64,000 bases of DNA from Lama guanicoe (taxonomy: Eukaryota), in the NCBI GenBank assembly GCA_013239625.1, contig MU054323.1:19176819-19240818 (forward strand), written 5' to 3'. Position numbers and translations under genes: made by a program. This document shows, piece by piece, positions 49,206 through 62,790 of the stretch. The stretch's first letter is position 1. Each line of letters begins with the position of its first letter. The notes beneath the pieces were generated by a model. The model saw nothing but the letters and a program-made list of their open reading frames with translations. It made no database searches and was not told where the DNA came from.

Positions 49206-52109
49206 GTTTGGACATAAGGAAACAGCATAGGCAGGCAAAAGAAGTAGTAGAAGGAAAGAGGGTTCTCACTAAGTCACGAAAGTTAACATTTTAAAAAACC
49301 TTCAATATAAATTTCCTGAGTCAAAAAATCTATTCAAAAGTAAACCTCTTGGGCATAACTAAATGTTAAGATTCAAAGCCAAACAAGGTAGATATTCTGG
49401 AAATACACTCTGGAAAAATGAAACATAGTTTCTTAAATTAAATGATCTCAAGTAGTTGTTCCAGTGCAACATCTGCTCTAGAATTTGGTTGTTTGATTTT
49501 CTACATCTCTATTAAAATATGGTTTACACTTGAAATGCCATTATGAAATTATTCTCCTATCATGTTTATGAAATGGGATAGAAAAGGCATTTTTCAAACC
49601 TAACACTAAATACATAACTAACGTTTTACTATTTTCCACCTTCCTGTTGGATTCAAGAGAATTTACTTTGCTTAATGTTATTCAGAATAGCTATGATTTT
49701 TAGTCATTAAAAATCTAAGAACAATCTCTAGGATTTGCCCCAGTTAAATCGTTCCCCTAGAACTTACTCTTCCTCCCCCAATTACTATTTTATTCTTTTG
49801 CTTCAACTTAGAATATATAGGACTCATCAAGGCTAACTCGTCTTTCACTTGAAATTTCCAGTCTGAATTTTAGAAACTGCAGTCTCAAGGTCTGGCTAAG
49901 AAAATGGAAAAAACTGCAGATCTTGGATGGGCATATTTTTAGCCCGTTGAAGTCTGCCGCTAGGGCTGGGTGCCTGCAAATGAGGTGCCTGTGACTCCAA
50001 ACCCAAACCACTCTAAGTAGGAGATTCCATTAAGTTTGAAATGAAGATTAAGCCTTACGCAAAGTCTTCGTAACAAACAGCACAGAGCTATGACTGCTGA
50101 GTAAGAAGGTATCGACCATGGTAAGTGAGACATCATTAGAGGAAAGCGCTCGACCCCACTTCAGCAGCAACACTGGATTTCCAAGTCCCATTTGGAAACT
50201 TCTCAAACCCTTCACATCTTAGATGAATAAAACTATAAAGATGTTCATGATTATTTATTCTGTTTTCTGAACTTTACAGGTGATAAATTTGAAACATAAA
50301 GGGCACACAGAGGTAGAAAGAGTATTTTCTTTCAATACGATTTCTACAGTTGTGTTTGGAAGATGGTTATCCCATGACAGACCGAACCAGAGATTCAGAA
50401 TGCATGTTAGCATATAAAGATTTGGAAAAGTCTTTTAGTTAAAACAGTAACTGGGTTTAAAATGGAATTTTCCAAGATTATTGACATCAATGGGACATCT
50501 GTTTTTGAAGTGTTACCTTGTACCAGTTTGAAGAACACCACTGGGGAAAATAATCTGTCCACTGTTAAAATCATGGGAAGGACCCAGCTGATGAATTTTG
50601 TCACTACCTATGACAGAAACACCCAATCCCGCCCTCTTTTGAAACATCTCTCATACCTTTGACTTTCGATGGCTACAACATTTCAAATTGGCTAAGAGTT
50701 TTAATTTTTAAACATGAATGAATACCTGAAAAGGCACTGAGAGGGAAAGGGTATCAAACACTGTATCAGTGGAGGAAAAAAATCCATAGAAAATCTATGA
50801 TGTATAACATTTTTTACACTTTTTGCTTTTTGTTTATACTTCCTTAAGTGAAGATCACTATGACTGAAACTTAATAATTAAGTCAGCAACTTCTCCTGGA
50901 AGAAATTTCAGGAATGCCACATTTTTATGCAATTCAATAATATAACATGTTTAAGAAAACACAGAAGCCATAACCCATTAGTGGGTAGCAACAAACATTA
51001 TTTAAAAATAATTAAAAAATGCTGAGGCAAATCCTACCCCATGGACTAAGAAAGGGAATTTGAAGACTAACATATATTGTGCCATTTTCCATCTGGCTAG
51101 GTTGTCCATTCTTTATATCACATACGACAAAAACAGGAACTGCAGGGATAGTAAGTAGAGCATGCTCAATAACGTGCAAAAGAAAGTAACAACCCAGAGA
51201 ATGAGCCGGCAGTAGGAAGTATGTTGAACACCAAAATCTGCAGCTGGGTCTAGGGATAGCTAGAAGGAATATCTTAATGAAAACAGAAGTCAGACTAAAG
51301 CAGGGAATTCAGAAAGTGTCAGAAGAGGATCTTGTTTTCACTGTTTGGACAAGGTCAAGCACAAAAATCAGACTAATGACTAAGATCTGAACTTAAGGAG
51401 AAATTCTGTGGGGACAGAGCTCTGAAGTAACAAGAAACAAAGAGAATCATGCACCATTGTCAATGTGATTCCAAATGTGAATAGATATTAGGGAAGCCAA
51501 AATTGTAGGAAGAATAGGGGGAGCTTTTAAAGAGAACTCAAACCAAGCATGCAATTCGAGTGAATTAAACAACATACAAGGCTGGTGTCATTGAGCAACT
51601 AGAAGGCATGGGTCCAGAGGAAGTTAGGAAACAAGTTATATCTGAAAGTAAACAGGGACAGCAGTAGCATTCATTCATCCCTTAATTCCATTCATATATT
51701 CATGTGTTCATTTGTTAACATACTGATTAAATCACCAACTTAAAAATATTTATTAAATCTCTAATGTGTGTCAGGCACAAATTCAAGATTCGTAACATTT
51801 CTTACAGCAGGCATTATAAAATGAGTGTAGGTTTGAAGACACATTCTAGCACAATTGCATACCAGATTAATAGCAAAAAAGAATGATATGCTCCTTGATA
51901 CAGGTACACTGACATCAAAGAAAGGATACACCAACAGCTTGAAGTCGAGGTAGAAAACAAAAGATGTAAAGAATAGATAAATAACTAAAATTAAGATAAC
52001 ACTTGGGGGGGGGTCATTTACAGTAGAACCAAATAGTCCTGTACACCTCAACATGGGTCAGTTAAAAAAATGATACTCATAAAGATAACTCATTAAATAC
52101 ATGTAGTAT

Positions 52110-52310
52110 TACAAGAACAACTAGCAACTGTCAACCATGCATCTTATATGCATTATCTTTAGTTCTTATTGTAAACTTACTATTTCCAATTTATACTTGT
52201 ATCATCTCTTGTTTACAGAAAATAAAGTGACATTTAGAGATGTTAAGTAACTTACCCATGATGACATTATTGAATACGGGGAGTTGGTATTTGAACATAA
52301 GTTTGACCAA
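52110..52310 (-). mobile_element. MIR SINE
   Basis: 'tttacagaaaataaagtgacatttagagatgttaagtaacttacccatgatgaca..ggtatttgaac'. Confidence 0.65.
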
Positions 52311-52349
52311 AGTTTGGTTGCTTAAATGCTTTTCTTATTTTAACATAAT

Positions 52350-52805
52350 CAATGTTTGAGGCAGAAAAGTTACATACTTTAGAAATATACATGGTACTTG
52401 CCCTCAGGGGCTTATAGTCCATCAAGAGGTTTGAATATATAAAACAAAATAGTTTTACAGTAATTAAAATTCAAAATTAGTGTTGCCACAGAATTGAAAG
52501 GGGGTAACCACTGTAAGTTGAAAAAATTGGAAGAAAAATATGGAAAATTTAGGACTTGAATCAGGTTTTGAGGGCATGTTTGAATGAATTGAGAGGAAGG
52601 AGAGCATATTCAGACTGAGGGGAACAGTGGAATCCTGTGGAGGGAACAGCATGAAGAAGCAGCCTATCCAGTGTGAACAGATACTACCTGGCAAAGTGAG
52701 CCAGAAATTGGAAGTGAAGAGGGTCAGATTATAGACCCCATGAAACTAGATCAAGAAGCTCAGACGTCAGTGTACAGATAATGGGGGACTAATAAAATCT
52801 TAGAA
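52350..52805 (-). mobile_element. L2 fragment
   Basis: 'acatggtacttgccctcaggggcttatagtcc', 'gagcatattcagactgaggggaacag'. Confidence 0.6.
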
Positions 52806-53654
52806 AATGTCTTCATGCTTTTAACTAAACTATTTCTGAGCCTTCTCAAGTCTCCAAATTCAAACAATATGTTATTATTTTTCCTTGCTGTTATTAAGGG
52901 ATATTAAATTTCACTTCTCATAATTAAAAATAATCCCCTGGATAAAATGACACAAATGCAAATAAAATACGCTCTCAGTTTTTCACAGAATCTGTTGTCA
53001 AGCGGTCTGATGGGCAATGCAGAAGTCATCCAGATCCAAAGTCTTTTTCCCTTTCCTAATGCAACTTTCCAGCAAAGTGAATTCTGGAGTCCCATGAAAA
53101 TTTTAGACCTGCTGATCTGAATTCATAACAGCTACTCAGTTTTCATGTATTTCCTTCAGTCCTAATCCAGCATTCTGATACAACTGATATGTTCTACTTT
53201 AATACGTGTAAGTTTTATGTAAATATTGATACCTCAGATATCTGAAATAATCTGTTAGCCTCTGAGGTCAATAATTACTGGCTAAACTGTTCAAAGATAA
53301 TTTTAAGAGAGTATAATGTCAAGATGGGCTGTAATTCTGCTATGGTTTCATTAAAAGAATATTCAGATTGGGCATATTCCCTTTCTGAGGACCATTTACC
53401 CAGAGACAGTTGCTGGAATTAAAAGAAGAAAAAACCTAGTAACATTCACTTGTATTTTTATAATCTAATAATATTTTGTAGCAAACATTGATATAAGTGT
53501 AGGGGAAATTTCATTTATACCTGTGACCAAAGAAACAGCATTATATATCTCTTAATCAAGAGCTCTGCATTGGTATCACTATTCTTAAGTCAAAAGCTTA
53601 AATATTTCATTTAATATTATTATCCCTGAAGCTGACAATGTAACTACATAGAGA

Positions 53655-53810
53655 GATCATTCATTCATTCACTTTACAAAAAATATTTAGAAGGCATTTA
53701 TTATAAGCCTGACACTATGCTAGACCCCGGGGATACAATTATGATCCAAGAACAGACACAGAGAAAGATATTTATCAAACAATCTAACAAATATATGTCA
53801 CTTCAAAAGT
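53655..53810 (-). mobile_element. L2 3' end
   Basis: 'tcattcattcattcac..atatttagaaggcatttattataagcctgacactatgctagaccccggggataca'. Confidence 0.75.
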
Positions 53811-53829
53811 GTGTCAAATTAAATTTGAT

Positions 53830-56440
53830 TTCTTTAAAAAGAGAAGAAACTTCATAAATTCCTGGCTGCATACTAAACAAAAATCAAGAAAAAAGACAAA
53901 ACATAAATTACCACTATAAAGAGTGAAATGTATTAAAAATTTATAATGAAATATAATGAACTTTATGGCAATATATTCAACGATTTAGATGAAATGGACA
54001 AATTCTTTAAAAATACACCTAATCAGCTACCACACAATGAAATACAAAATCTGAATAACCTTAGATCAGTCAAAGAAACTGTATTTGTGGAAGAATTGTC
54101 CCACAAACAACGATCTACTCCCATAAGATTTTGCTGGTGAATTCTATCACATCTTTAAGAAATACATAACATTAAACTTGCTCAAACTTACTTACAGAAA
54201 ATAGAAGAAAAGGAACACTTTGCAACATGACCCTTATACCAAAGCTAATAAAATAATTACAAAAATAAAACTATAGACCAATATATTTCATGAACATAGA
54301 CATAAAAACCATTTTAAAATATTATAAACTTGACTCCAGTAATTTATAAGGATAATACATCATAAATCAGTGGTCTTTTTTTCCCAGAAATTCAAGTTTT
54401 ATTTAACATTCAAAAATCATTACAATTCATCATATTAATAGATTAAAGGGGGAAAGCATGTAATCGCCTCAATAGGTTCAGAAAACGCAGCTGATGAAAC
54501 TTAACACCTGTTCATAAGTAATACTCTATGTAAATTGGGAAAATCAATTTGATAAAGGGCATCTATGAAAAACTACAGCTATATCACATTTGATGTGAAA
54601 TAAATACCGAAACACACTCCTGCACTGGGAACAAGGAAAAGATGTTCAACCTTGCTCTGTTCATACTTATCCTGGAGGTCACATCATTGAAATGAGATAG
54701 GAAAAAGAAATTAAAAACAGATTTTTTAAATGAAAAACTATTTCTACTTGCAGATGATATGAATGTTTATCTAGACAATACCAAGGAATCTACCAAAACA
54801 CTACTAGAACTGTGGTAAACTGTGTTTCCAAAAATAGTCACTGCAAAACTTCTAGTACTATAGCCTCTTACAGAATCTTGTTACTCCCACAAAGTCTTTT
54901 CCCCTTTCCTTGAAACTAGGCAATTTTGTGACTGACTTGAAAAATAAAATGCAGAGGAAGTGATACTGTGTGACTTCCAAGACTGAGTCATAATAAGTAA
55001 TACATCTCCCACCTGGTGTGGGCTCGCTCTCTTCCTCTCCCCTGCCTTATTCTCTTTGGAGTTTCACCCTTAGAACCTCACTATGATGTGAGGAAGCCAG
55101 ACAGCAATACAAAAAGGCCATGTATAAATCCAAGTACTATCAGGCTTTTTTGTAGGAATTGATAATTGGATTCCAAAATTTATACAGAAATACAAATGAC
55201 AGAATAACAAAATCCATCTTTAAAAACAGAACCAAGTTGGAGGACTTACACTAACTAGTAACAAGACTTACTATAAAAGTATAGTAATCAAGATCAGAAA
55301 TTGATTCATGTGGTCACTTACTTTGACAACAGTGCTAACGCAATCCAGTGGGGAAGAAAGAGACTTTTTAACGAGCGATGTTGAACAACTGAGTATCCAT
55401 GTGGAAAAAAAATTTAAAAGTACCCCCAACCTCTGCCTCACAAGATACCAAAATATTAATTTGAGGTGGAATGGAGACCTAAACTAAACAACTTGTAGAA
55501 GAATAGTTATAAAGGAATAGATTCACTGGTTGGAGGAAGGCAAATGTTTCTGTGGCATAGCACAGAAAGCAACACCCAAAAGGGGAAAATATGATTAATT
55601 GGACTTCATCAAAATTAAAACTTCTCAAAACCCAGAAAGCACATGTCCACAAAAAAAAAGCGCTGTAAAAGAATGTTCATAGCTGTTGTATTCATAATAT
55701 TCCCAGATAAAAACAGCCCAAGAGTCTGTCATCAGAAAATGGCTAAAGAAACTGCTATTCATTCACACAATGATCATTACTTAGCAGTTAAACGGAACAA
55801 GCTACTCATATACATACCATGAATAAATCTCAAAATCAGTTTGCTAAGTGAAAAAGGCTTACATGAAAGAGTTTATACTTTATGAGTCAATTTATATACA
55901 GTTCTAAAATAGGTAAAATTAATCTATCCTGGAAGGAAATGAGAGCCATGTTTGCATTGGGAGTGTCGGGGACAGGGATATCCTAGGAGGGGGTTTGGGG
56001 GTACTTTTGCAGATAATTGTAATATATCATGATAGGAGTTTGGGTTTCATAGGTATATACAGTTTTAAAGATTTACTAAATAGTGTAGCTGTTTTTCATA
56101 TTTTGTGTATGTGTATACTATACCTGAAATATACAAATATTGATTTGTTTTTATATACCATACACATACACACTCGGACACATGCAAGTGTCAAATTCTA
56201 GTTAATGATGTACATGCTAAAATTGTTTAGGTTAGTGTACTGCTGTCTGCAACAATTTTGAATTGCTTAAAAACATGGATTGATGAATAAATAGAGGGAT
56301 GGATAGATGAACTGTTATGTGAAAAAGCAAGTATCACTAAATGTTGATGGTAGACTCTTGTCTTTGAGCATATGTGTATTCACTGTGTAATCCTTTCAAC
56401 TTTTCTGTATGTTTAAAATTTTTCATAATAAAATTTTGGA
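53830..56440 (+). mobile_element. Old LINE-1 (L1MC/ME-like) ORF2 plus 3'UTR, interrupted by an MLT1 LTR
   Basis: Peptides DLDEMDKF and (L)LADDM; 'ggacttcatcaaaattaaaacttct', 'gaatgttcatagc'; terminal 'tttcaacttttctgtatgtttaaaatttttcataataaaa'. Confidence 0.85.
54811..55130 (+). mobile_element. MaLR LTR (MLT1G/H-like), partial, nested in L1
   Basis: Begins 'tgtggtaaactg' where the L1 sequence breaks; contains 'gcagaggaagtgatactgtgtgacttccaagactgagtcataa' and 'tgtgaggaagcc'. Confidence 0.75.
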
Positions 56441-57059
56441 TAAGATTACAATTAAGTAAAGACTTTAAAGGGAAGATACAATGAGCTACGAAGGCTTTTA
56501 TAATGAGATCTGATGGAGTCAGGGAGTGAAGTTTCCCCTTTTTAAGCACATAGGACAGAAAAAAACTATTTGCACCCTCTGTACCATAGTCACAGCATGG
56601 GGTTGAGAAAGACAATTGCAGGATGCCTTCCTTGGGAAATTCAAGAACAGAAATGCCTTGCAAAAAGGTGAGACAGTTGTTGCAAAACCAAATAAATTCT
56701 CTGCTGCAATAATCACAGGGAAAGATTGATGTTGGAAGCAGACATATGGTTCACAGGGGAGGAATAATGAGATAAAGGCGCATGCTGCTGAAGCAGGTGA
56801 TCTGCTAATTAGATTTCAGTGATGTGCTTCATATGATATTGAGATGGAAATTATCTTAAAATATACAAAAGATACAAAACAGAGAAGCGGGGGAAATGAT
56901 TTAAAGCCATGGTCATAATGAAATCAGGATGGCGCTGAAATAAGGGTTTTAATAAGATTTTTGTTGGCAAATAAAAGCAATTTGTCATATACTATCAAAA
57001 TCTTAATAGGATTAAGTGAGTAGAGCAATTAAAGAACTAGAAATACAGATGATATGATT

Positions 57060-57270
57060 GTCACTTCACGTTTTCATATACTTTCATAAAGGTAGAATAA
57101 TTATTCATATATATATATGATCTACTTTATTCTTCACCATAATTAACTGAGATAACTGTATCCTAGGAAATAGGGTTCAGACAGGCTAAATGACTTGCTC
57201 AAGGAAACAAATCTACAACTGAGGTTCAAAGTTAGGGTGTCTAATTATAAAGAAGTGTCCATCATGCCAT
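57060..57270 (-). mobile_element. MIR SINE
   Basis: 'ggaaatagggttcagacaggctaaatgacttgctcaaggaaacaaatcta'. Confidence 0.65.
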
Positions 57271-59269
57271 GCAGTGTGCTTCATCTTGTTCCATATGCAA
57301 AGTCATAGATACACAACTCAGAACATGCTTTATAAGGAAATGAAATCAATGCATCTAAGTGTGCTATAAAATGTGCTTACTTCTCCACGTTACACAGACC
57401 TTTTGGTGATGGTCTGGGCCATCAAAAATGCACTTGTGCTGGGCTAGTTACTTGGGATGAGACCTCATACTGCACTTTGAATTTTAAAAATATTACACTT
57501 AAGGAGCCTTGTCTCCTCTTAGCCATTTTTTGCTGTCCTCATGATGGAATGCTATATAATCACTATAGTTTTTATAAATTTAAATTGAACCACTGATATT
57601 GGCTTTTATAGCACTGAGATACAATTGCAATGTTTGAGGTTTGAAAAAGGAAATGGTAAAACTATCCAATTATTTCTGGGTAACCCTTCAAACTTTTAAA
57701 TGTCAAAGCGTTTGGAAAGCATATGGATGAACATTATTTCTAGGGAATTGCTTTAGAATAATGTGGGTGGCTGAAATACATTTATAACTGAAATATTTCA
57801 TTCAGTTTCTGTCTGTTGTGATATAAATAAAACACTACAATCAAGCGTTCTGAATTACACTGACTATTTCATGTGTTCTGGCTGGCCAATGAATCTGAAA
57901 TTTTACTTCCACCTAAGAGTAAGTATTTATTATGCAAAGTAAAATTAATAAATTTTTAGCAATACATTTTTAAAAAGCACGTCTTCGATTTAAGAATTGA
58001 TTTCTACAACATCAAGGATTAGTGAAAGAAAAGCATTTCATTGGCAGTTTGTTTACATATGTAACTTTGATCAAAGGGTTTTGGTAAAAGTCATTAACTT
58101 TAAGTGTGGTAGCAACACTCCTAACTCAAAAACATGTGGCACAGTGAAGAGTAGCTTTGCCTGCTAGCTCCTAAACAGGACAAACATTGTGATGCTAATA
58201 GTTTATTACTAGCTAATAATAGTACCAACTATGTACCAAAAGCTATCTCACCTTTCACGTGGCATTTCATTTCAAAAATAAGAGAGACACTACAGTTGGA
58301 TCCAGGATGAATTAAATGGGAAAAGGTCTCTGAAGGCAGAAGGATACCTAACAGAGAGTTCAATCTTCTGAGCAGCCAGAGGAAGCCTGGGGGTGGAGAA
58401 GATGAAGAACTCCCGGAGGGCAGGCTCAAGTTCAGTCGAGGGAAAGAGCTCTGGTCCCTGTTGGGCAGGGAAGTCATGAAGTCAAGGACTTCTTGTTACA
58501 AGGTGAACTTGAGACCCAAGGGTAACGAACACACTAAAAATCAGGTTTGTTTAGAAACAAGTTCTCTACTCAGATCAACATTGAGAAGAGCTTGTTGGTT
58601 GACTTGAAAGATGCTTTAAACAAACTTGAATTTTGTTAAGAATTGATGAACTCATGCTACACCAAGGTGGAACAATAATTAATGAATGGAAACAACCCAG
58701 AAAAAGTTATCTGGGCTTTAAATGTGTGATGGGGTTGATCTTTCCTTTCCTAGGGATTGGAAATTTATTTCTACCCTTATTCTAAGTTCAAAAGGAATTT
58801 ACCATCTCCACAAATCCTATGGGCCCAACACTTAAAAATCACTTTCCCTTTTGACTGAATTAAAACAAACACCCCTAGCCTTTGAGCTCTGAAAGTGTCT
58901 TCCTTCTTCTCTGGATCCCATATATGAACAATATTTACCTTGCTAACCATATTCATCTAATAAGAATTTCTTAAAGACCTACAGGCACCGTACAAGAAGC
59001 TGGGAAAATAAGTTTGCTTGACAGTCAGTTTCTAAATAAGGTTATTCCAGCTCTTTTCCTGTTTTCTGTGACATTAAATATTGGTCCACATCAGTAAAAG
59101 CAATCCTAAATGGAAAAGATAAATCCTTTTTAAAAGCCCCAAACATGTAGGCATTTAGTAAGCTAAATGCCTTTTATATGAGACTGCTTCAAATCAAGGT
59201 CAAACCATTTGTCCTTGAGCTAAGGAATGCAGTTGCCCAAATTGGCACTTTGACTTTGAGATGTGTTTC

Positions 59270-59430
59270 CATTCACATATTTATTTCTTGGCAACCATTT
59301 ATAGAGAAGCTACTATGTTCAAGGCACCAAGGAAAAGTGCTGAGATTAGAGGTGAAGATACAGATAGGATATGGACCCTCTCCTCAAGGATACAGGGTAC
59401 AACTGCCAATGATTATGATACACGTAGAAA
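59270..59430 (-). mobile_element. L2 3' end
   Basis: 'cattcac..catttatagagaagctactatgttcaaggcac..atatggaccctctcctcaagga'. Confidence 0.6.
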
Positions 59431-60082
59431 GTGGCAAGCATCTTGAGAGACAAGAATTTGCAGGATGAACATGATGTATACACACAAAATTTCAATGTAC
59501 ATTTTTCTATGTGAGTATTCTTCCTCTTTTCTTTGTAACTATGTTAAGTCAGCATTCCTCTGTAAATTAGTGTTCTCATTTCAGTAATGGCTTGTAATTC
59601 AATCTGACACCTAGAAGGTGATGTGGAGACAGTAGAAGGTAAATGTATATGCTGAGTAGGCTCAGATGGAATATGATGAGGGATTTTGGCATGGTCTGAG
59701 ATGAAGCTGCTGATGGGAGACAGAGAGGAGACACTTTGGTTCAGTGAACAGAGCATCCTTCAGGAGAACTGAGGTCTGACTGAGTGGCCTTACTATGGAG
59801 GCAATCTGCCATTCAAAATCTCTGCTGTAAATCAGGGTAGGGTGGTTTTGACTATAAGATATCTAAGCTCCTACTCAGTTCTAGGCTCTCAAATTGCACT
59901 GGAAAACTGGACTTTACACACCATGCGGCTTAGTCACCACTGTGCACCACTGGCACAAGGCTTGGGCTCATAGCAGATGCTCAGTGAATCATGCTTGATT
60001 CAGTACATGAATAAGTAATTCCTTGTGGGTGGGATTCTAATAATGTCCACCACCTTCTCTCCCTTCTTCTCACTTCTTCCTC

Positions 60083-60193
60083 TAGGGTGACCAACCATCC
60101 TGATTTGCCTAAGCCTTCCCCAGTTTTAGCCTTCAAGCCCCACTTCCTGTGAAAACCTTCAGTCTCAGGCAAACCAGGATGGTTGGTCAAATT
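60083..60193 (-). mobile_element. MER81 hAT MITE (palindromic)
   Basis: Starts tagggtgaccaacc; inverted arms at 60088-60113 and 60164-60189; about 110 bp long. Confidence 0.85.
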
Positions 60194-61344
60194 TCCTTCT
60201 CCCTACTTTACCTGTTTATGCTTCAGACATGTCCATGGCATCTGTGGACCTTACTTAAACCCATTGGAGATATTTAGGGCTAAAGACAATGCTTCAAAGG
60301 GCACCTAAAAGTTTGGGAATTTGTTCCTTTGTCTTATTTATTTCTCCCTGGAATACATGAGCCAGTGTTAAAATAGACTTTTTTAAATGTCGTCCTCTAT
60401 TCATATGGCAAATGAGTGGATGATCTGCAAATAAACAAGGCCTTCTATTTGCCAAAAGCCATCATCTGCCTGAGTACATCATGAAGTGATAAAAACACAG
60501 AGCATTAGGATTAAGTAATTCTTGGAATATATCTCTTGGATACCAAGCCAAACAGGTGTGATACACAAAATCTAAATTGACAGTGAAATGGGACCATCTG
60601 GTCACTGCCAGAGCAAAGATACCGGGACAGCAGAGAAAACTGACCTGGGAATAGACGAACAAAGACACAAGAGAAATCCAAACATTCACATAAATCTGAG
60701 GACCATTTCTTTTTTTAATTCTCACATGTATCCTGAACTTTAGCTGAACTGGGAATTATTAGAGCAGTGCCTTTCCCCAGTGACCACACAATAAATGTGA
60801 TGCCAGTGCCACCCTTCCAACTCTGAAAGATCCAAGATGGTGCTGCCATCAACTCCCAGACTTAGAGCTGCAGATGTTCGGGTGGAACAGGAAGTGGTGC
60901 TCTAGATGGAAAGTTAGACTTTAAGATAGCCTAGATTCATGCCTGGCTAGCAAGGATCTTCAGTCTGTTTCACTCTCTAGAGGCAGAGGAATTTCACCTC
61001 TTGGTATTGATGTCTGGCTGGGTTAGGAGGGAGCATTTCTCCTTATAATACTAGCGGCGCATTGCATTTATTTGTGTTCAACTAGAGTTCTGTGATTATT
61101 GTGATTCCAGCTTTAAAAGATAAACATTTTCAGTACAGTATGGTAACTACACTTTTAGCAAAGCAAGTCCAATGAAAGAAATATACAGCTGTTTTGGTGC
61201 TTGAGGGAAAAATACTTGTTGGATTCAATAAGAGACAGTATGTCTCTCTGCATACGTACTGTACTTTAAAAGATTTTCTACCTTCATTCCCCATGAAATG
61301 CAGCTCCACCATATTTTACTTTTCTGTCTGTTTAAGGCATTTAC

Positions 61345-61580
61345 CTACTTATTCATTCAAAAATACACACTGGGAGCCAGGCACTTAGACACCGGAGATA
61401 GAACAAGAAACCAAAACAGATAAAATCCCTGTTGTCATGGAATTTACATACCAGAGTCAGGAGAGAGACAATAAGCAAAGAAGATAAATAAGTGGCCAGT
61501 CAGAAAGTCATAAATGCTTTGGAAAAAAATTAAACAGGCAAGTATGGATAGGGAAGAAGTGGGGAGTTTCCTAGGGCTGG
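61345..61580 (-). mobile_element. L2 3' end
   Basis: 'ttattcattcaaaaatac..gagccaggcac..ggagatagaac..aatccctgttgtcatggaatttacata'. Confidence 0.75.
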
Positions 61581-61819
61581 TTTTGAGCCACGCTTGAAAG
61601 GAAGCCTTTCATCTTTCAGAAGCTCCATACTTCTACTCCTTTATAAGCTACAGAAGAGTTCAAGTGACTAGGGTTTGGGTTTATTTAGATATGGCACAAA
61701 GCCAAGAGATACTATCAGAAGGATTTTAAACCAAGAGAAGCAAGGTTAATTACCAAAGCAGTAGATACGCTTTCAAAATCCCAGCCAGGGAGTTCATTGT
61801 CCAGCCACATTTGGAATCA

Positions 61820-61985
61820 AGCTAATGGGCCTTGAATTTGATTCAGCTGCATTAGTTCTATGTGACCTTAGGAGCATTATTTTAATGTAGCTCTTCATGC
61901 TACAGTGACTGTAATGCATCGACCTCCCTTTCCATCTTCTGAAATGGACTGAACAAGATTGAGATGTGAAAAGGACTAATTACCA
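61820..61985 (+). mobile_element. MIR fragment
   Basis: 'ttgaatttgattcagctgcattagttctatgtgaccttagg..atgagatgtgaa'-like decayed core. Confidence 0.45.
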
Positions 61986-62436
61986 AGGTTAATAATTGGC
62001 TCAACTAATAGTAACAGAAGAGCTGAAGGTCTCAGAAAATTGGGACTCCTCCACATATTTCTGGATATAGGACAGAATCAGAGGTGACAGCCTAGAACCG
62101 TGTCCTCTGCGCATTCCTGCAGAGTACAGGGAACACAAGTGAGTTCTGGTGCTACTGGGGCTAAGCCCTTCATAGCTTATCTCATCCACTATAGTCTGTG
62201 TGGTACTGAGAAACCCCAACCGAGAAGTAAATGGTCATTCATAACCCAGATCTGCTGTGGGCCCTGACAGAATCTGTTGCAACCTTAAAGATATGAAGAG
62301 ACACTACCAGTAAGTCTTTATTTCTAAAGCAGAAGCGTACAAGAAACAAGAAAATTGAGTTTCAGTGACTATAAAAGGGAGAATTTTGATCATTTTAAGA
62401 AAAAAAAAACTAATATGTTTCTTATTGCCTTTTTAG

Positions 62437-62600
62437 GAAACATTATTTTTTAATCGGTTAGTTAAATGCATGCAAATATACAAACACTGTAGGGACTCCA
62501 GGCCAGAGCTGTGATGAAAAGAATCATGGCTTCAGTTAATACTAAACTAAGGGGCATGAGGCCAAGTGCTCACAAGGGTCCTGCCTCCTTCTTCCAAAAG
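62437..62600 (+). other. Candidate spliced exon (non-coding or 5'UTR/start exon)
   Basis: Branch-like ctaat (62410-62414), pyrimidine tract and ag (62435-62436), and consensus donor AAG|gtaagt at 62600/62601. No transcript evidence. Confidence 0.3.
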
Positions 62601-62708
62601 GTAAGTGGTGGGAAGGGGCAGTATATTTGCAAAAGAGAAAATGCAAATGCTTTTGGAAACACAGAAAACATGCAAGCCCTACTTACAAACAGAGTGCCTG
62701 TTGACAAG

Positions 62709-62790
62709 CAGGATGACTAATGGTCCAGGTTTGCCCAGGACTGAGAGATCTCCTGGGATGCAGGACTTTCTCAGGCAAACCGCGGTGACC
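62709..62790 (+). mobile_element. Partial MER81 hAT MITE
   Basis: 'caggatgactaatggtccaggtttgcccaggactgagagatctcctgggatgcaggactttc..caggcaaacc', homologous to the copy at 60083. Confidence 0.7.
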
